A stretch of 64,000 bases of DNA, from IMG/VR virus record IMGVR_UViG_3300017651_000001, positions 3,937 through 67,936 of that record; one strand, 5' to 3'. Under the pieces are notes generated by a model. The model was not told where the DNA came from. It made no database searches and worked only from the letters and a program-made list of their open reading frames with translations. Position 1 is the first letter of the stretch, and each line of letters opens with the position of its first letter. Below, in pieces: positions 7,843 through 17,900 of this stretch. Source of the stretch: a virus. Taxonomy: Duplodnaviria > Caudoviricetes. A program made the translations under genes and the position numbers.

Positions 7843-9111
7843 CTAAACGATCTTGAGCGACCCCAGGTCGAAGCCGGTCTCGGGCAGCACGTCGAAGATC
7901 ATCGTGCCGGGAAGACTGTCGCGGCCCTTGATGTTGCGGTACCAGTCGGAGCCGCTGTCCAGGGTCGGCGCGCCGAGCCACATCCGCTCGCGCTTGGTGA
8001 AGGGGTTCTGGCCTGCGACGCCGGCGCCGAAGGAGTGATAGTGAGCTGTGACGCACACGTCGGCGCGGGTGACCGCCTGGTCGCCGAATGCCTGCTGTGT
8101 CCACCAGTCGATCGCCTTGCCGGGGCCGAACTGGTTGCCGTGGACGAGACCGATGGGCGTGCCATAGAAGTCAACGCAGATGGACTCGTCGTACTCGTCG
8201 GGGAAGTGCCAGGTGGCGTCGAGTCCGGCAGCGTCGGCAACCTTCGCGACCTGTCGGTGGACGAAGATGCCGAGGTCGTCGCTGGGGCGGCCGAGGTTCT
8301 GCTTGCCGCGACGCCAGGCGGAGTGGTTGCTCGGGACGATGGCGATTTCGACGGGTGCGTAGCGGTGCGCCATCTCGATAAACTTGAACATCTCGGTGGC
8401 GTAGCAGTCAAGCTGGTCGGGCAGGGAGAGGTCGTTGGTGTGCATCGGATTGCCGCCAGATTCGAAACCCTCGAGCCCGTCGCCCCCGTCGAGGATGAGG
8501 ATGCGCTCGGGGCGACGCGCGGCGAACTCCTCATCGAGCTTCTGACGCGCGTCCTCGAGTCTCTGGAGCAACTCGACGGTGCCGCCACGGCGGCCGGTCT
8601 TACCGACCTGCCAGTCGGCCAGGGTGACGACGGTGCCGCGCTGTGCGGGCCTGCCGCCCACGCGCGACTGGGGGCGCTTCTCGGCTTCGGCGTAGAAGTG
8701 GGAGAGGGGGAAGGTCTCGGCGAGCGATACGCCTGTCTTGGGCCAGGCTGTGATGCGGTTGGATGACTTGCCATCCCCGTAGGCGATCGACTTGATGCCG
8801 ATGTTGTAGTGATCGGGGTTATCGCCGGTCGACCGGATCAGGTCGCGAGCGTCTTCGAGGGTGACGGGGCGGTGCCTGATGAAGTTGAACTGGCGGCCGT
8901 TCGGCCCGTCCGTTATGTCGGTGGTCTCGCCGTCTTTCAGGCTTGGGGCACCATCTTTGGTGCGGGACTCGTCGACCTTCCCGCCGTGCTCCTTCTTCAC
9001 GTCGACGACCAGGCCGGACGAGACGCCCCAGTCGGCCATGACTTCCTTCTTCGGACGATTCAGGCAGTCGGATACGAACTTCGGATCATCCCAAAGGGGT
9101 GAACGAGCCAT
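7843..9111 (-). CDS. Metallophosphoesterase-fold (Mre11-like) protein
   Basis: ADWQVG, GDGLE, PSNH, VHG, AHYH metal-ligand pattern. Confidence 0.7.
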   Translation of the reverse strand: MARSPLWDDPKFVSDCLNRPKKEVMADWGVSSGLVVDVKKEHGGKVDESRTKDGAPSLKDGETTDITDGPNGRQFNFIRHRPVTLEDARDLIRSTGDNPDHYNIGIKSIAYGDGKSSNRITAWPKTGVSLAETFPLSHFYAEAEKRPQSRVGGRPAQRGTVVTLADWQVGKTGRRGGTVELLQRLEDARQKLDEEFAARRPERILILDGGDGLEGFESGGNPMHTNDLSLPDQLDCYATEMFKFIEMAHRYAPVEIAIVPSNHSAWRRGKQNLGRPSDDLGIFVHRQVAKVADAAGLDATWHFPDEYDESICVDFYGTPIGLVHGNQFGPGKAIDWWTQQAFGDQAVTRADVCVTAHYHSFGAGVAGQNPFTKRERMWLGAPTLDSGSDWYRNIKGRDSLPGTMIFDVLPETGFDLGSLKIV

Positions 9112-9151
9112 CGGTGGTCTCCTCTCGGGCCGAGGCGCAGGTGGTATTCAG

Positions 9152-9439
9152 TTATCGAGGCAGGTGATCCGGCCACATCGGGCGGGGACGCTCGGGCGTC
9201 TCAACCCAGCCGCCCCACTCGTGCAGGATGTTCGCGTGCGAGCGGTAGGCGTTCCGCTCGGTCTCGAGCTTCTCGACGCGGGCGCGAAGGTCTTCGGCGA
9301 TCTCGAGGGCGAGTTGCCCGGCGTCGATCTTGTTCCTGTTGCGGCCGGTCAGCCAGTCGCGGAGAACCATGGCCGCACCCGTGATGGCGACTCCGAAGAA
9401 TCCCCACACGGGTCCAGGGATGGTGTTGAGCCAGTCCAT
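9152..9439 (-). CDS. Membrane protein with coiled coil (lysis accessory)
   Basis: N-terminal TM helix; next to the endolysin gene. Confidence 0.6.
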   Translation of the reverse strand: MDWLNTIPGPVWGFFGVAITGAAMVLRDWLTGRNRNKIDAGQLALEIAEDLRARVEKLETERNAYRSHANILHEWGGWVETPERPRPMWPDHLPR

Positions 9440-9449
9440 TGTGCTGAGC

Positions 9450-10214
9450 TCAACGCGAGAGGCGCACGTTGTTGAGCGCGTTCTTCAGGACGTTCGCGTG
9501 AGCTTCGGTGATCTTCGGCCAGGAGTTCGTCTCCCACGACGTTGCGATCTTGTTGTTGTAGTCCGCGGGGGCACCGGAGTGCTCAACATAGAAACCGGAC
9601 ACCTCGTTGAACAGGATGTACACGGTCACGTCGCCCTTCTTGTACTGGGCACCCTTCATCTTCATGTCGTCCTCCTCGGACTCTTCTACTGGGTTCTGCT
9701 CGGGGAACGGCTCCGCTCCCTCGCTGGCGGGAACGGCCCGCCAGGGGTCAAGGTCGATGATGTGCCAGGGCTCGTCGATCCCGGCGATGTCTTTGGTGAT
9801 GGCTCCGCAGAGGAAGCCTGCAGTGCGGCACGCCTCCCACACCTGAGCCCAGGTGAGCCCGTTGGGGTCCACGTCGATAGCGAGAGCGTCGACGAGACGG
9901 CCGCCCGTGTGGCGACTGCTCGACCATGTGCCGCCATGCGACGAGGTGCCGGGCCAGGCCGCGCCGAGGCAGTTGCCCTGCGCACAGGCGCGGTCGCGGG
10001 CCTGCTGCTGGATGTTGAGCGGGCGGTACACGTTCCATCCGGTGCGGATGTAGAGCGTGCGGCCCCACTTGTTCTCGGCGTAGCGCTTCGCGGCCTGCCA
10101 CTTCGCCCAGGTTCCCTGAGAGAACTGGAACTCCCAGTAGCCATTGGAGTCCGTGCCGGACGCCACGGTGAACAGCACCCCGGCGGGGATGCGTCCATTG
10201 GCGTACTTGGGCAT
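9450..10214 (-). CDS. Endolysin, M15-family peptidase
   Basis: YRP..Q, PGTSSH, ALAID, EPWH zinc-peptidase motifs. Confidence 0.85.
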   Translation of the reverse strand: MPKYANGRIPAGVLFTVASGTDSNGYWEFQFSQGTWAKWQAAKRYAENKWGRTLYIRTGWNVYRPLNIQQQARDRACAQGNCLGAAWPGTSSHGGTWSSSRHTGGRLVDALAIDVDPNGLTWAQVWEACRTAGFLCGAITKDIAGIDEPWHIIDLDPWRAVPASEGAEPFPEQNPVEESEEDDMKMKGAQYKKGDVTVYILFNEVSGFYVEHSGAPADYNNKIATSWETNSWPKITEAHANVLKNALNNVRLSR

Positions 10215-10225
10215 GGTCGGCGTCC

Positions 10226-10795
10226 TCACTCGATGTACCAGGAGCCGGTGAGCGGAACTACGTCACTTGCGTCAAGAGAGCCGGATCGGAAGGATGCAGG
10301 GACGGACAGGATGCCGGTGGAGGAGAGAAGGAGCTGCCCCTCGGCCCGGTTACTGGTGGCGCGGAAGTGGCCGAGGAAGATGAGGCCAGGCGGGCGATAG
10401 CCGACAGGAACTGTCAGCAGGTGATCCCAGGACCCGCCGACGGCGATCGTAACGGCGCCCATGATGTCGACGCGCTTGCCCATCCTACGCACGCGGGGAG
10501 CGTGGACGGGCGTAGCCGACCAACCTGTTCCGAATGTGGAGATGTTGACGGTGCCGGAGTCGAAGGGCACCCACGCGGAGCCGCTGTCGATGTAGTCGGC
10601 CCCCGTGTCGGTGGCGTAGTAGCGCCTGCCGCTGACGCCAGGTTCGGGCATCGCGGACTCGAGGCCGGCGAAGTACCAGAGGTTGTCGACGAGGGCGGTG
10701 TCGACGGACTCGGCCATCGCCCCGAGGTCAATCGGGAGCGACCACTCGTCGCCGTAGTCGGGCGACCAGATCTGATAGTTGTCAGTTTCGGCCAT
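10226..10795 (-). CDS. Minor tail protein
   Basis: GRRYYATDTG; C-terminal VPVGYRP receptor-binding-like domain. Confidence 0.65.
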   Translation of the reverse strand: MAETDNYQIWSPDYGDEWSLPIDLGAMAESVDTALVDNLWYFAGLESAMPEPGVSGRRYYATDTGADYIDSGSAWVPFDSGTVNISTFGTGWSATPVHAPRVRRMGKRVDIMGAVTIAVGGSWDHLLTVPVGYRPPGLIFLGHFRATSNRAEGQLLLSSTGILSVPASFRSGSLDASDVVPLTGSWYIE

Positions 10796-10831
10796 TAGTC
10801 CACTATTCCCCTTGCATTCCAGAGTACCTGA

Positions 10832-11449
10832 TTACGCCGTGAAAGTCGCAAACAGCGCAAGCACGGCGTAGGAGCCCGTGCCTGAGGGCCAGATGCCGTC
10901 GCTGACAGGATCGACCTGGAGACTCACCGAGATGGTCTCCTCGGGGATGACGGTGGCGCTCCAGGTGTACTTGGGGGAGATCGACGCCTCGTAGCGGTCG
11001 AAGCCGAGGAACCACGCTCCGGTCAGGGTGGGCGAGGTGCCGACGCCCGCGAAGGAGAGCCGGTGGTTCACGTCGCCGGGGGAGCCTGGGGAGGTCTGCG
11101 TGAGCAGGTGCGCGGAGCCGAGCGCCATCAGGTTGACCCGCCGCGCGCCTTCAGGTACCAGCAGCGACGCGGTGACGACGGTGTTCCACCCGGCGCCGAG
11201 CCCGAAGTTCGTTGCGGTGTTCGTTGACTGCGCGGGCTTGGGGATGGCGTCGTAGACCTCCTGGAGTCGCCGGAGCTGACGGGCGAGATCCTCGAGGCTG
11301 GCGGCGGTGGTGCGGTTGAGGCCCGCAGCGGACTGCTTCGTCGTGACGGCGGCGTTCTCGACGCCGCGGATGCGCTTCTCGACTTCACGACCCCATGGCT
11401 CAGCCAGGTCGGGCAGGTTGCGACGGGGGAACACATCGTTCGGATTCAT
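10832..11449 (-). CDS. Minor tail protein (paralog of 11446-12525)
   Basis: FPRRNL...WGR.VE.RI N-terminus. Confidence 0.65.
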   Translation of the reverse strand: MNPNDVFPRRNLPDLAEPWGREVEKRIRGVENAAVTTKQSAAGLNRTTAASLEDLARQLRRLQEVYDAIPKPAQSTNTATNFGLGAGWNTVVTASLLVPEGARRVNLMALGSAHLLTQTSPGSPGDVNHRLSFAGVGTSPTLTGAWFLGFDRYEASISPKYTWSATVIPEETISVSLQVDPVSDGIWPSGTGSYAVLALFATFTA

Positions 11450-12525
11450 GACGAGAAGATCCCTTCCACCGTGAGCACTGCCTTGTTGAACGGGTCACCG
11501 TCGAGCCCGTTCGTCGTCCACACCTGGAGCGCCACGTCGACGTTCCCGTTGGGGGTGAGGGCGCGGCCGTAGACGGGCTCGAACCAGCAGGGGAGCCCGT
11601 CGTTCATCGCGACATCCTTGAATGGCTTGAAGGAGAGCGACGCGGAGCCCTCGATGACGAGGCGGCACACCACATCGGGGTCGGACGTTTCGATGCCGGT
11701 GGAGAAGGCGTCCATGAACTCGCGGGGGCTGCGGGCGGTGCGGGGGGAGGCGTAGGACGGGTTGAGGTTGTCCCAGGTGAGCGAGCCGCCGGGCGGGACG
11801 GTGTGGGTCTCGAAGTGGAGGTGCGCGCCGAACGAGTTTCCGGTATTGCCGACGTAGCCGAGCGTCTGCCCCTGGGAGACGCCGGCGCCCTGCGAGACGG
11901 CCGTGGCGGACATGTGGGCGTAGAGGGTGTAGGCGTTCCATCCGGCGATGCCCACGGGGCCGTGGGAGACGATGACGTAGTTGCCAAACCCGTTGGAATA
12001 GTTGACTGTTATGGCTGTTCCGTCTGCGGCGCAGGGGATCGGGTTGCCCGCCGCAGCCTCGCCGCCGGCGAAGTCGATGCCTTCGTGGAAGCGGCCCGAG
12101 CGCGGCCCGTACTCACTGGTGACGCGGCTGAGCGGGAACGGCCAGATGAAACTCGGGGTCGAGGATCCGCCGGTCTCGGCCTTGAGTTGCACGTTGGCGG
12201 TGGCGATGACGTTGCACCGGCCCTTGCCGTCGAAGGGGAGCACGGTGGACAGGACGGTGTTCCAGCCTGCCCCCATCGCGAAGCCGCTCTTGGAGACTCC
12301 CGCGGTCCGGACGATCGGCAGGTCGGTGAGTGCCTGTTCGAGCAGTTCGAGCTGGCGGGCCAGTTCGTCGGCTGAGGTTGCGGTGGCGCGCTCCGTCCCG
12401 CCGACCCGCTCGTCGACGACGCCCCACTGCTTCTCCGCCTCGGCGATGCGCTGCTCTACGGTGCGGCCCCAGAACTCGGCGCGGCCGAGGTTGCGACGCG
12501 GGAAGGTGCTCAGGTCAACTGCCAT
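11446..12525 (-). CDS. Minor tail protein with an inserted M23 peptidase domain
   Basis: HEGIDF, YAHM, GNTGNSFGAHLHFE. Confidence 0.8.
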   Translation of the reverse strand: MAVDLSTFPRRNLGRAEFWGRTVEQRIAEAEKQWGVVDERVGGTERATATSADELARQLELLEQALTDLPIVRTAGVSKSGFAMGAGWNTVLSTVLPFDGKGRCNVIATANVQLKAETGGSSTPSFIWPFPLSRVTSEYGPRSGRFHEGIDFAGGEAAAGNPIPCAADGTAITVNYSNGFGNYVIVSHGPVGIAGWNAYTLYAHMSATAVSQGAGVSQGQTLGYVGNTGNSFGAHLHFETHTVPPGGSLTWDNLNPSYASPRTARSPREFMDAFSTGIETSDPDVVCRLVIEGSASLSFKPFKDVAMNDGLPCWFEPVYGRALTPNGNVDVALQVWTTNGLDGDPFNKAVLTVEGIFSS

Positions 12526-14038
12526 CGTAGAGTCCCGCCCATTCGACCTGCTGGTATGTGAGGCCGTCGTAGATGGCCTGGACATCCGCGTAGGTGCGAC
12601 CGATGTGGAACTCGTCCATGTCCCCGAATGTCAGGTCGTCGTCGGCTTGGAAGGAGATGGAGCCCGGAGTGACGGTGGCCTGGCGGATGCGGTACGGGCG
12701 GCGCGTGGCGCGGTCGAAGTAGCGCGCGCCGTTGACGTTGCCGAACACGGGGTCGCCTGCGGTCTGGAGTGTGTTGACGGCGATGGTGTCACCGGAGATG
12801 GCGGGAACCTGCCCGGCGTACTGGCGGGCGGCACGGGTGCCGGCGCGGTACACGTCGTTCACCGTCGACAGGAAGGGGTTGTCGATTGTGACGCCGATCT
12901 CGGTGCCGGTCTTGGATGCGGGGATGCCTGTTCGGATGCGCTTCTTGCGCTTGTTGAAGGCGACGCCTGTTCCAATGATCCGCAGCGTGGAGTAGCGGTT
13001 GCCGGTGGTGTCGGACGCCAGGGCGAGCGAGAAGTTCGTAGCCGCCTCGCCGTAGGTGGTGGGCACGTTCGTCGCGCCCGTGAGGCGCACGTTGAGGCTG
13101 ATGGTGTCCGGGTTGATGCTGATCTCGACCCGGCCGCCGTTGTCGGCCCACAGATCTGGGTCGACCGGGAGCCCATCGTTGGCGACGACGGTGTAGACGG
13201 ACGAGGAGTAATGGAAGCGATCGACGAACTCCTCCATCACGGGAGCCTCGATGCTGGAGACGCTGGCGGACAGTTCGAGGGTGTACTCGGCGGTCTCGCC
13301 CGCGTTCACGTTGAGGATCTCGAGTTCAGGCGTCCACCCGCCGGGCGGGTAGACGGGTTCGTTCTCGATGGGGTAGTTGCCGTAGTAGTAGACCTCGACG
13401 GCCTGTGCGAGCGCCTGGGTGGAGAGGCTCCGGTCGCGGGAGGTGAGTCGCCCCTGGGCGATCTCCCGCTGACGGAGCGGGCGGAGCGTGACGACACCCT
13501 CGACGTAGTGGATCTCGGTGTCGGTCGCCGCTGCCATCTGCTTGAGGTAGTACCAGAGTTCGCCGTTCCAGCCAGGGAACACGACGGGGCGGTCGGCGAT
13601 CTCCTCGTCAACGGCAGTCTCGAGCGCGGCACCGGCGAGCGAGACGTAGTACTCGAAGGCATCACCGAGGGTGCCGACGAACGGCTGCGCCTGCACCCCG
13701 TACACGTTGGCGTCGCCGAGGCCGGAGATGCACTCCAGTTCGATCGTCGCGGTCGCCTCGGTCTCGCGGGCGGCGTTGACGACGCCAAAGGTGGTTCCTC
13801 TGGTGGTGTCGTACAGGGTGACGGGCTGCCCGATGAGCACCTGCGGGCCGAAGGTGCGGATGCGCTTCCAGCCGGTGTCCTGCGCGCCGGTGATGCCCCG
13901 GTCGGGCATGGGCAGGCTGATGCTGAACAAGCCGACGGCACCCTGCGGGTCGCCCGCGGCGAGCGGCGTGGCGGATTCCTGGACGCTGTAGTCGTGGGCC
14001 TCGAACGTGTGGTCGCCGATTGTTACCCGTATACCCAA
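12515..14038 (-). CDS. Minor tail protein (hub/Tal-like)
   Basis: Second gene after the tape measure; TTG start at 14038 with GGAGG. Confidence 0.7.
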   Translation of the reverse strand: MGIRVTIGDHTFEAHDYSVQESATPLAAGDPQGAVGLFSISLPMPDRGITGAQDTGWKRIRTFGPQVLIGQPVTLYDTTRGTTFGVVNAARETEATATIELECISGLGDANVYGVQAQPFVGTLGDAFEYYVSLAGAALETAVDEEIADRPVVFPGWNGELWYYLKQMAAATDTEIHYVEGVVTLRPLRQREIAQGRLTSRDRSLSTQALAQAVEVYYYGNYPIENEPVYPPGGWTPELEILNVNAGETAEYTLELSASVSSIEAPVMEEFVDRFHYSSSVYTVVANDGLPVDPDLWADNGGRVEISINPDTISLNVRLTGATNVPTTYGEAATNFSLALASDTTGNRYSTLRIIGTGVAFNKRKKRIRTGIPASKTGTEIGVTIDNPFLSTVNDVYRAGTRAARQYAGQVPAISGDTIAVNTLQTAGDPVFGNVNGARYFDRATRRPYRIRQATVTPGSISFQADDDLTFGDMDEFHIGRTYADVQAIYDGLTYQQVEWAGLYDGS

Positions 14039-14994
14039 GATCCGACCTCCCTGAAGCTCGCGGCGGTCTTCACCCGTCCGCCGTTCGTCGTGGTGATGGT
14101 GCTCCAGGTTGGTGCGGCGGTGAAGCGTGCCCCGCTGTGGCCCATGCCGCCGACCCAGCCGCCTTGCAGTTGCGCGATGATGTCTGCGGTGAATCCTCCG
14201 TAGGGTTCGAGGCCGTAGGCGCCCTGCCCGTACCCCATTGCGGACAGCGGGGCGAGGGAGATGAAGCGGGCCATGATGCCCGCGATGGTGACGGATCCGT
14301 TGCTGGGGCCGTCCTTGCCGACCCAGATCCAAACGCCGGGGATGCCTACCGCGACATCGGTGAGGAGCAGTTCGTCGTCATTGCCGTGCTTGGTGAGCAT
14401 GGTGTCATTGCCGACCTCACCACCGCCGAGGTGCTCGGTCATGAAGACGCCGCCGGATCCGGTGGCCGAGTAGGCCGCGCCGATCACCATCGCGTAGCCC
14501 TCGGGGATGGAGACGTAGGTGGCGTCCTCGACGCCGCGGAACCCGTCCGTGATGTCATTCATGTCGTAGACGGCGGAGCGGACGGGGAGGTTGTGGACTT
14601 CGCGGTCGGCGGTGACGACCGACGTGGGGGTGAGGCCGTAGACGAGCGAGGAGCCCTCGGTGTCGCACGCCATCGAGGGGTCGGCGACGCGGGCGGGGAG
14701 GACGTTGTGCCCGTAGGTGATGGGATCATGGAAGTAGAGCAGGCCACGGCCGTAGGAGCCGTCGAAGTACGACTTGAGAACCTGCACCATCTCGGGGCCG
14801 GAACGCTCGGGCCACTCGAAAGCGTAGGTCTTGTGCGATCCCCACGAGGAGAGCTGGTAGCCGCCGCCGTTGAGCAGCGTGCCGCCGGCGCTCCACGCCT
14901 CGGAGTTCGCCTCCGCCCCCTGCATGGGGGTGGGGAGCCACTGGGAGTGCTCCAGCGTTCCGAACCAGAAGCATCGGTCTGGCGACTGCATCAC
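14023..14994 (-). CDS. Minor tail protein (distal-tail position)
   Basis: First gene after the tape measure. Confidence 0.7.
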   Translation of the reverse strand: MMQSPDRCFWFGTLEHSQWLPTPMQGAEANSEAWSAGGTLLNGGGYQLSSWGSHKTYAFEWPERSGPEMVQVLKSYFDGSYGRGLLYFHDPITYGHNVLPARVADPSMACDTEGSSLVYGLTPTSVVTADREVHNLPVRSAVYDMNDITDGFRGVEDATYVSIPEGYAMVIGAAYSATGSGGVFMTEHLGGGEVGNDTMLTKHGNDDELLLTDVAVGIPGVWIWVGKDGPSNGSVTIAGIMARFISLAPLSAMGYGQGAYGLEPYGGFTADIIAQLQGGWVGGMGHSGARFTAAPTWSTITTTNGGRVKTAASFREVGSWVYG

Positions 14995-17900
14995 ATGGCT
15001 CCTTGGCTGGTTGACTGCGCGTAGGATCGCGACGTGCTCTGCGCGACGACCTGCCCGTCGATCGTGATGATCTGACGCAGGGCCGACATGAGCTGCTGGT
15101 AGGCCATCGGCCCGAACGACTCGATCTGGCCGCCGCCCGCGTTGATGACGCGCGGAGGCTGGACGAAGCCGCCGCCCGCGTAGCCGGTCTGGCCCGCAGG
15201 GCCGCGCGTGAGCGCGTTGAACGCGCTGGCGTAGGGAAGCCCGGTGCGCTGGTCGACGTACTTCTTCGGCACGACGTACTCGCCCTTGTGGACCAGGCCC
15301 GCCACGTCGTACTTGCCGCCGCGGCCGGTGTAGCCGCCGTCGGCGAACGCCTGGACGCTGGCGACGCGCCCGCCGCGCTGGTCGATGAACTGGATGCCGC
15401 CGCCCTTGTTGATGTAGGCGCGGAACCCGCTGCGCCAGTCGGCGGCGTAGACCTGGCCGTCCTGGTAGCCGGTGTTCTTGAACAGCCCACCGATGTCGAT
15501 CGTCGCCTTCTTCGCCGCGGCCTGTGCGAGGAACTCGTTGAGGGCCTGGAAGGCGGGGCGGGTGTCGGCGGAGACGGTGATGTTGCGCGGCACGTTCTGG
15601 ATGGCGATGCGCATGTCGTCGAAGGCGACGGCGTACTTCTCGACCTCCGTGCGGTTGTAGCCCATCCGTGTCGCCTGCTGCACGAACTCGGCGCGAAGGC
15701 GGGCGCTCTCACGCTGGAGGTCTTCCTGGCTGGCTCCGCTGGCGGCGAGGGCCTGGAGGTAGTTCTGGTAGTTGGTGACCAGGCCGAGGATCTCGGCGCG
15801 GTTCTCGACGGCGGCGTCGCTGTTGCCGGTGAGGGTCTTGTTGGTCTTCGCCTGCGCCGCGTTGAGCTTCTTCTGGATGTCGGCCTGCTTGCCATCCAGC
15901 TCGGCGAGTTCGGCGCGGAGCTTCTGCGCGCGGAGAGTGTCGCCGTAGTTCTCGGCGACCATCAGCCAATACTGCTTGATCGCACGGTCTGCGGCGAGCT
16001 GGCCGAGTTCGATGCGGTACTGCGCCATCTCATCTCGCGCGGCGGCGATGTTCTTCGCGATCGTCGACCAGCCGCTCGTGATGCTGTCGAGGCCCTGCTG
16101 GGGGCCGAAGCGGATGTCGAATGCCCGCTTGAAGACGCCGCCCAGGTCGTTGGCGTAGTCGACGAGAGTGCGGACCTCCTGGGCGGCGGTGTCGGCCGCG
16201 TCGGCGATGTCACCGAACGAGTCGGCGAAGTCGTAGTTCGCCTCCTCGAAGTCGGCGGTGGCGTCGCGGGCCTTGCGAGCCTCGTTGGCCCACTTGTTGA
16301 AGTTGTGGTGAGCCAGGGCTCCGGCGCTGTTGAAGAAGTTCTCGATGCCCTTGTCGGAGATGAGCGGGATGCCCTTGAACGCCTCTCCGATCAGGGGGAT
16401 CGACTGGAGGAACTGCACGAGGTTGCGCCCGGTGTACGCGATTGCCTTGCCGAGCCCGACGATGGCGTCGATGACGAAGTGGATCGGCTGCTCGACCGAG
16501 AGGATGGTCCCCTCGAAGTCGACGAAGAGGCCGATGAGGAAGCCGAGCGCGGCGATAGCCGCGCCGATGCCTGTGGAGATGAGGGCGAGGCGGAAGATGC
16601 GGAGGCCCACAGCGGCGCGGGTCGCACCGGCCTCGAGGCCGAGGAAACTTGCGACGAGGGCGCGCACGCCGCCCGCGCTGAGGAGCGACGTGACGCCGAG
16701 TTCCGCGGCTGCGGTGCGCATGGCGAGGACCGCAGCGCCCGCGAGGGCGGCGCCGCCGACGACAGCGGACAGGGCGGCGACGATTCCAGCCAGTGCGGCC
16801 GTGAGTCCGACCGCCCACGCTCCGGCGGGCGTCTGGGCGAGATCGGAGATGCCGGCGAAGACCCTGGAGAGGATCTCGAGGACCGCGCCGAGAGTGGGGG
16901 CCAGGGTTGCGCCGACGGCGGCACCGGCCTCGCTGAGCGCGTTGAGGAAGATCTGCCACTTGGAGGCCAGGTCGTCGACGACGAGACCGTACTGGCGGGC
17001 GAGTTCCGCTCCCTCGCGGTAACCCTTGGCTCCGATGCCGAGGAATCGGTTGAACTCGCTGCTGCTCTGCGAGAGGCGCTGGAACACGTCCGACACGCGG
17101 AGCTGGGAGAGGCCGAGGGCATCGAGAGCCTGGGTGACCTCGACGACATCGGAGCCGCGGCCAAGGCCCTGGATGAACCGCTGAAAGACCTCGACGCCCT
17201 GGCCCTGGCGCACCATCGCCGACAACTGGTCAGCGGCAAGGCCGGTGACAGTGGCAAAGTGCTGGAGGTCTTCGCCGCCTTCGGCTACGGCTTGGTTGAG
17301 GGTCTGGAAGTACGTCGTGAGCGAGCCGCGCGCACGCTCCGGCGGGACGCGGAGCTGGCCGAGCGTGCCGGCGAGTGCTACGACCTGATGGGCGGAGAAG
17401 CCCGCCTGGTGCGCCTGCACGCCGATCTCTCGGGTGAGCGAGAGGATCTCAGGCTCAGTGGCGACCGAGGAGCGGCCGACGAGGGCGATCGCGGCGCCGA
17501 GGTTCTCGAACTCGCTAGCTCGGACACCGAGGCTGAACTGCATCGCACCGAACGCCTTCGCGGCCTCGTCGACGGAGACTCCCGTGACGGCGGAGAAGCG
17601 GGCGACGGTCTCGGTGAACGATGCCACGTCATCCCCCGCGATGCCAAGCTGGTTACCCAGGGTGGCGATGCGGGAGACTTCGGTGAAGGCTACGGGGATC
17701 TCGCGGGTGAGGCCGATGAGTTCCTCGCGCAGCTCCTCCACGGATTTGGTTCCGGGCTCGAGGGTTCGCTCCACATCGGTGAAGGCGGACTCGAACTGCG
17801 CGGAGAGGGCGGCGACGGCGACTCCGACTCCGGTGATCGCGCCGGAGACGATCATCGCGGTGGACGCGATGTCATAGAGGGCGTAGCGCAGGCGGGGGAG

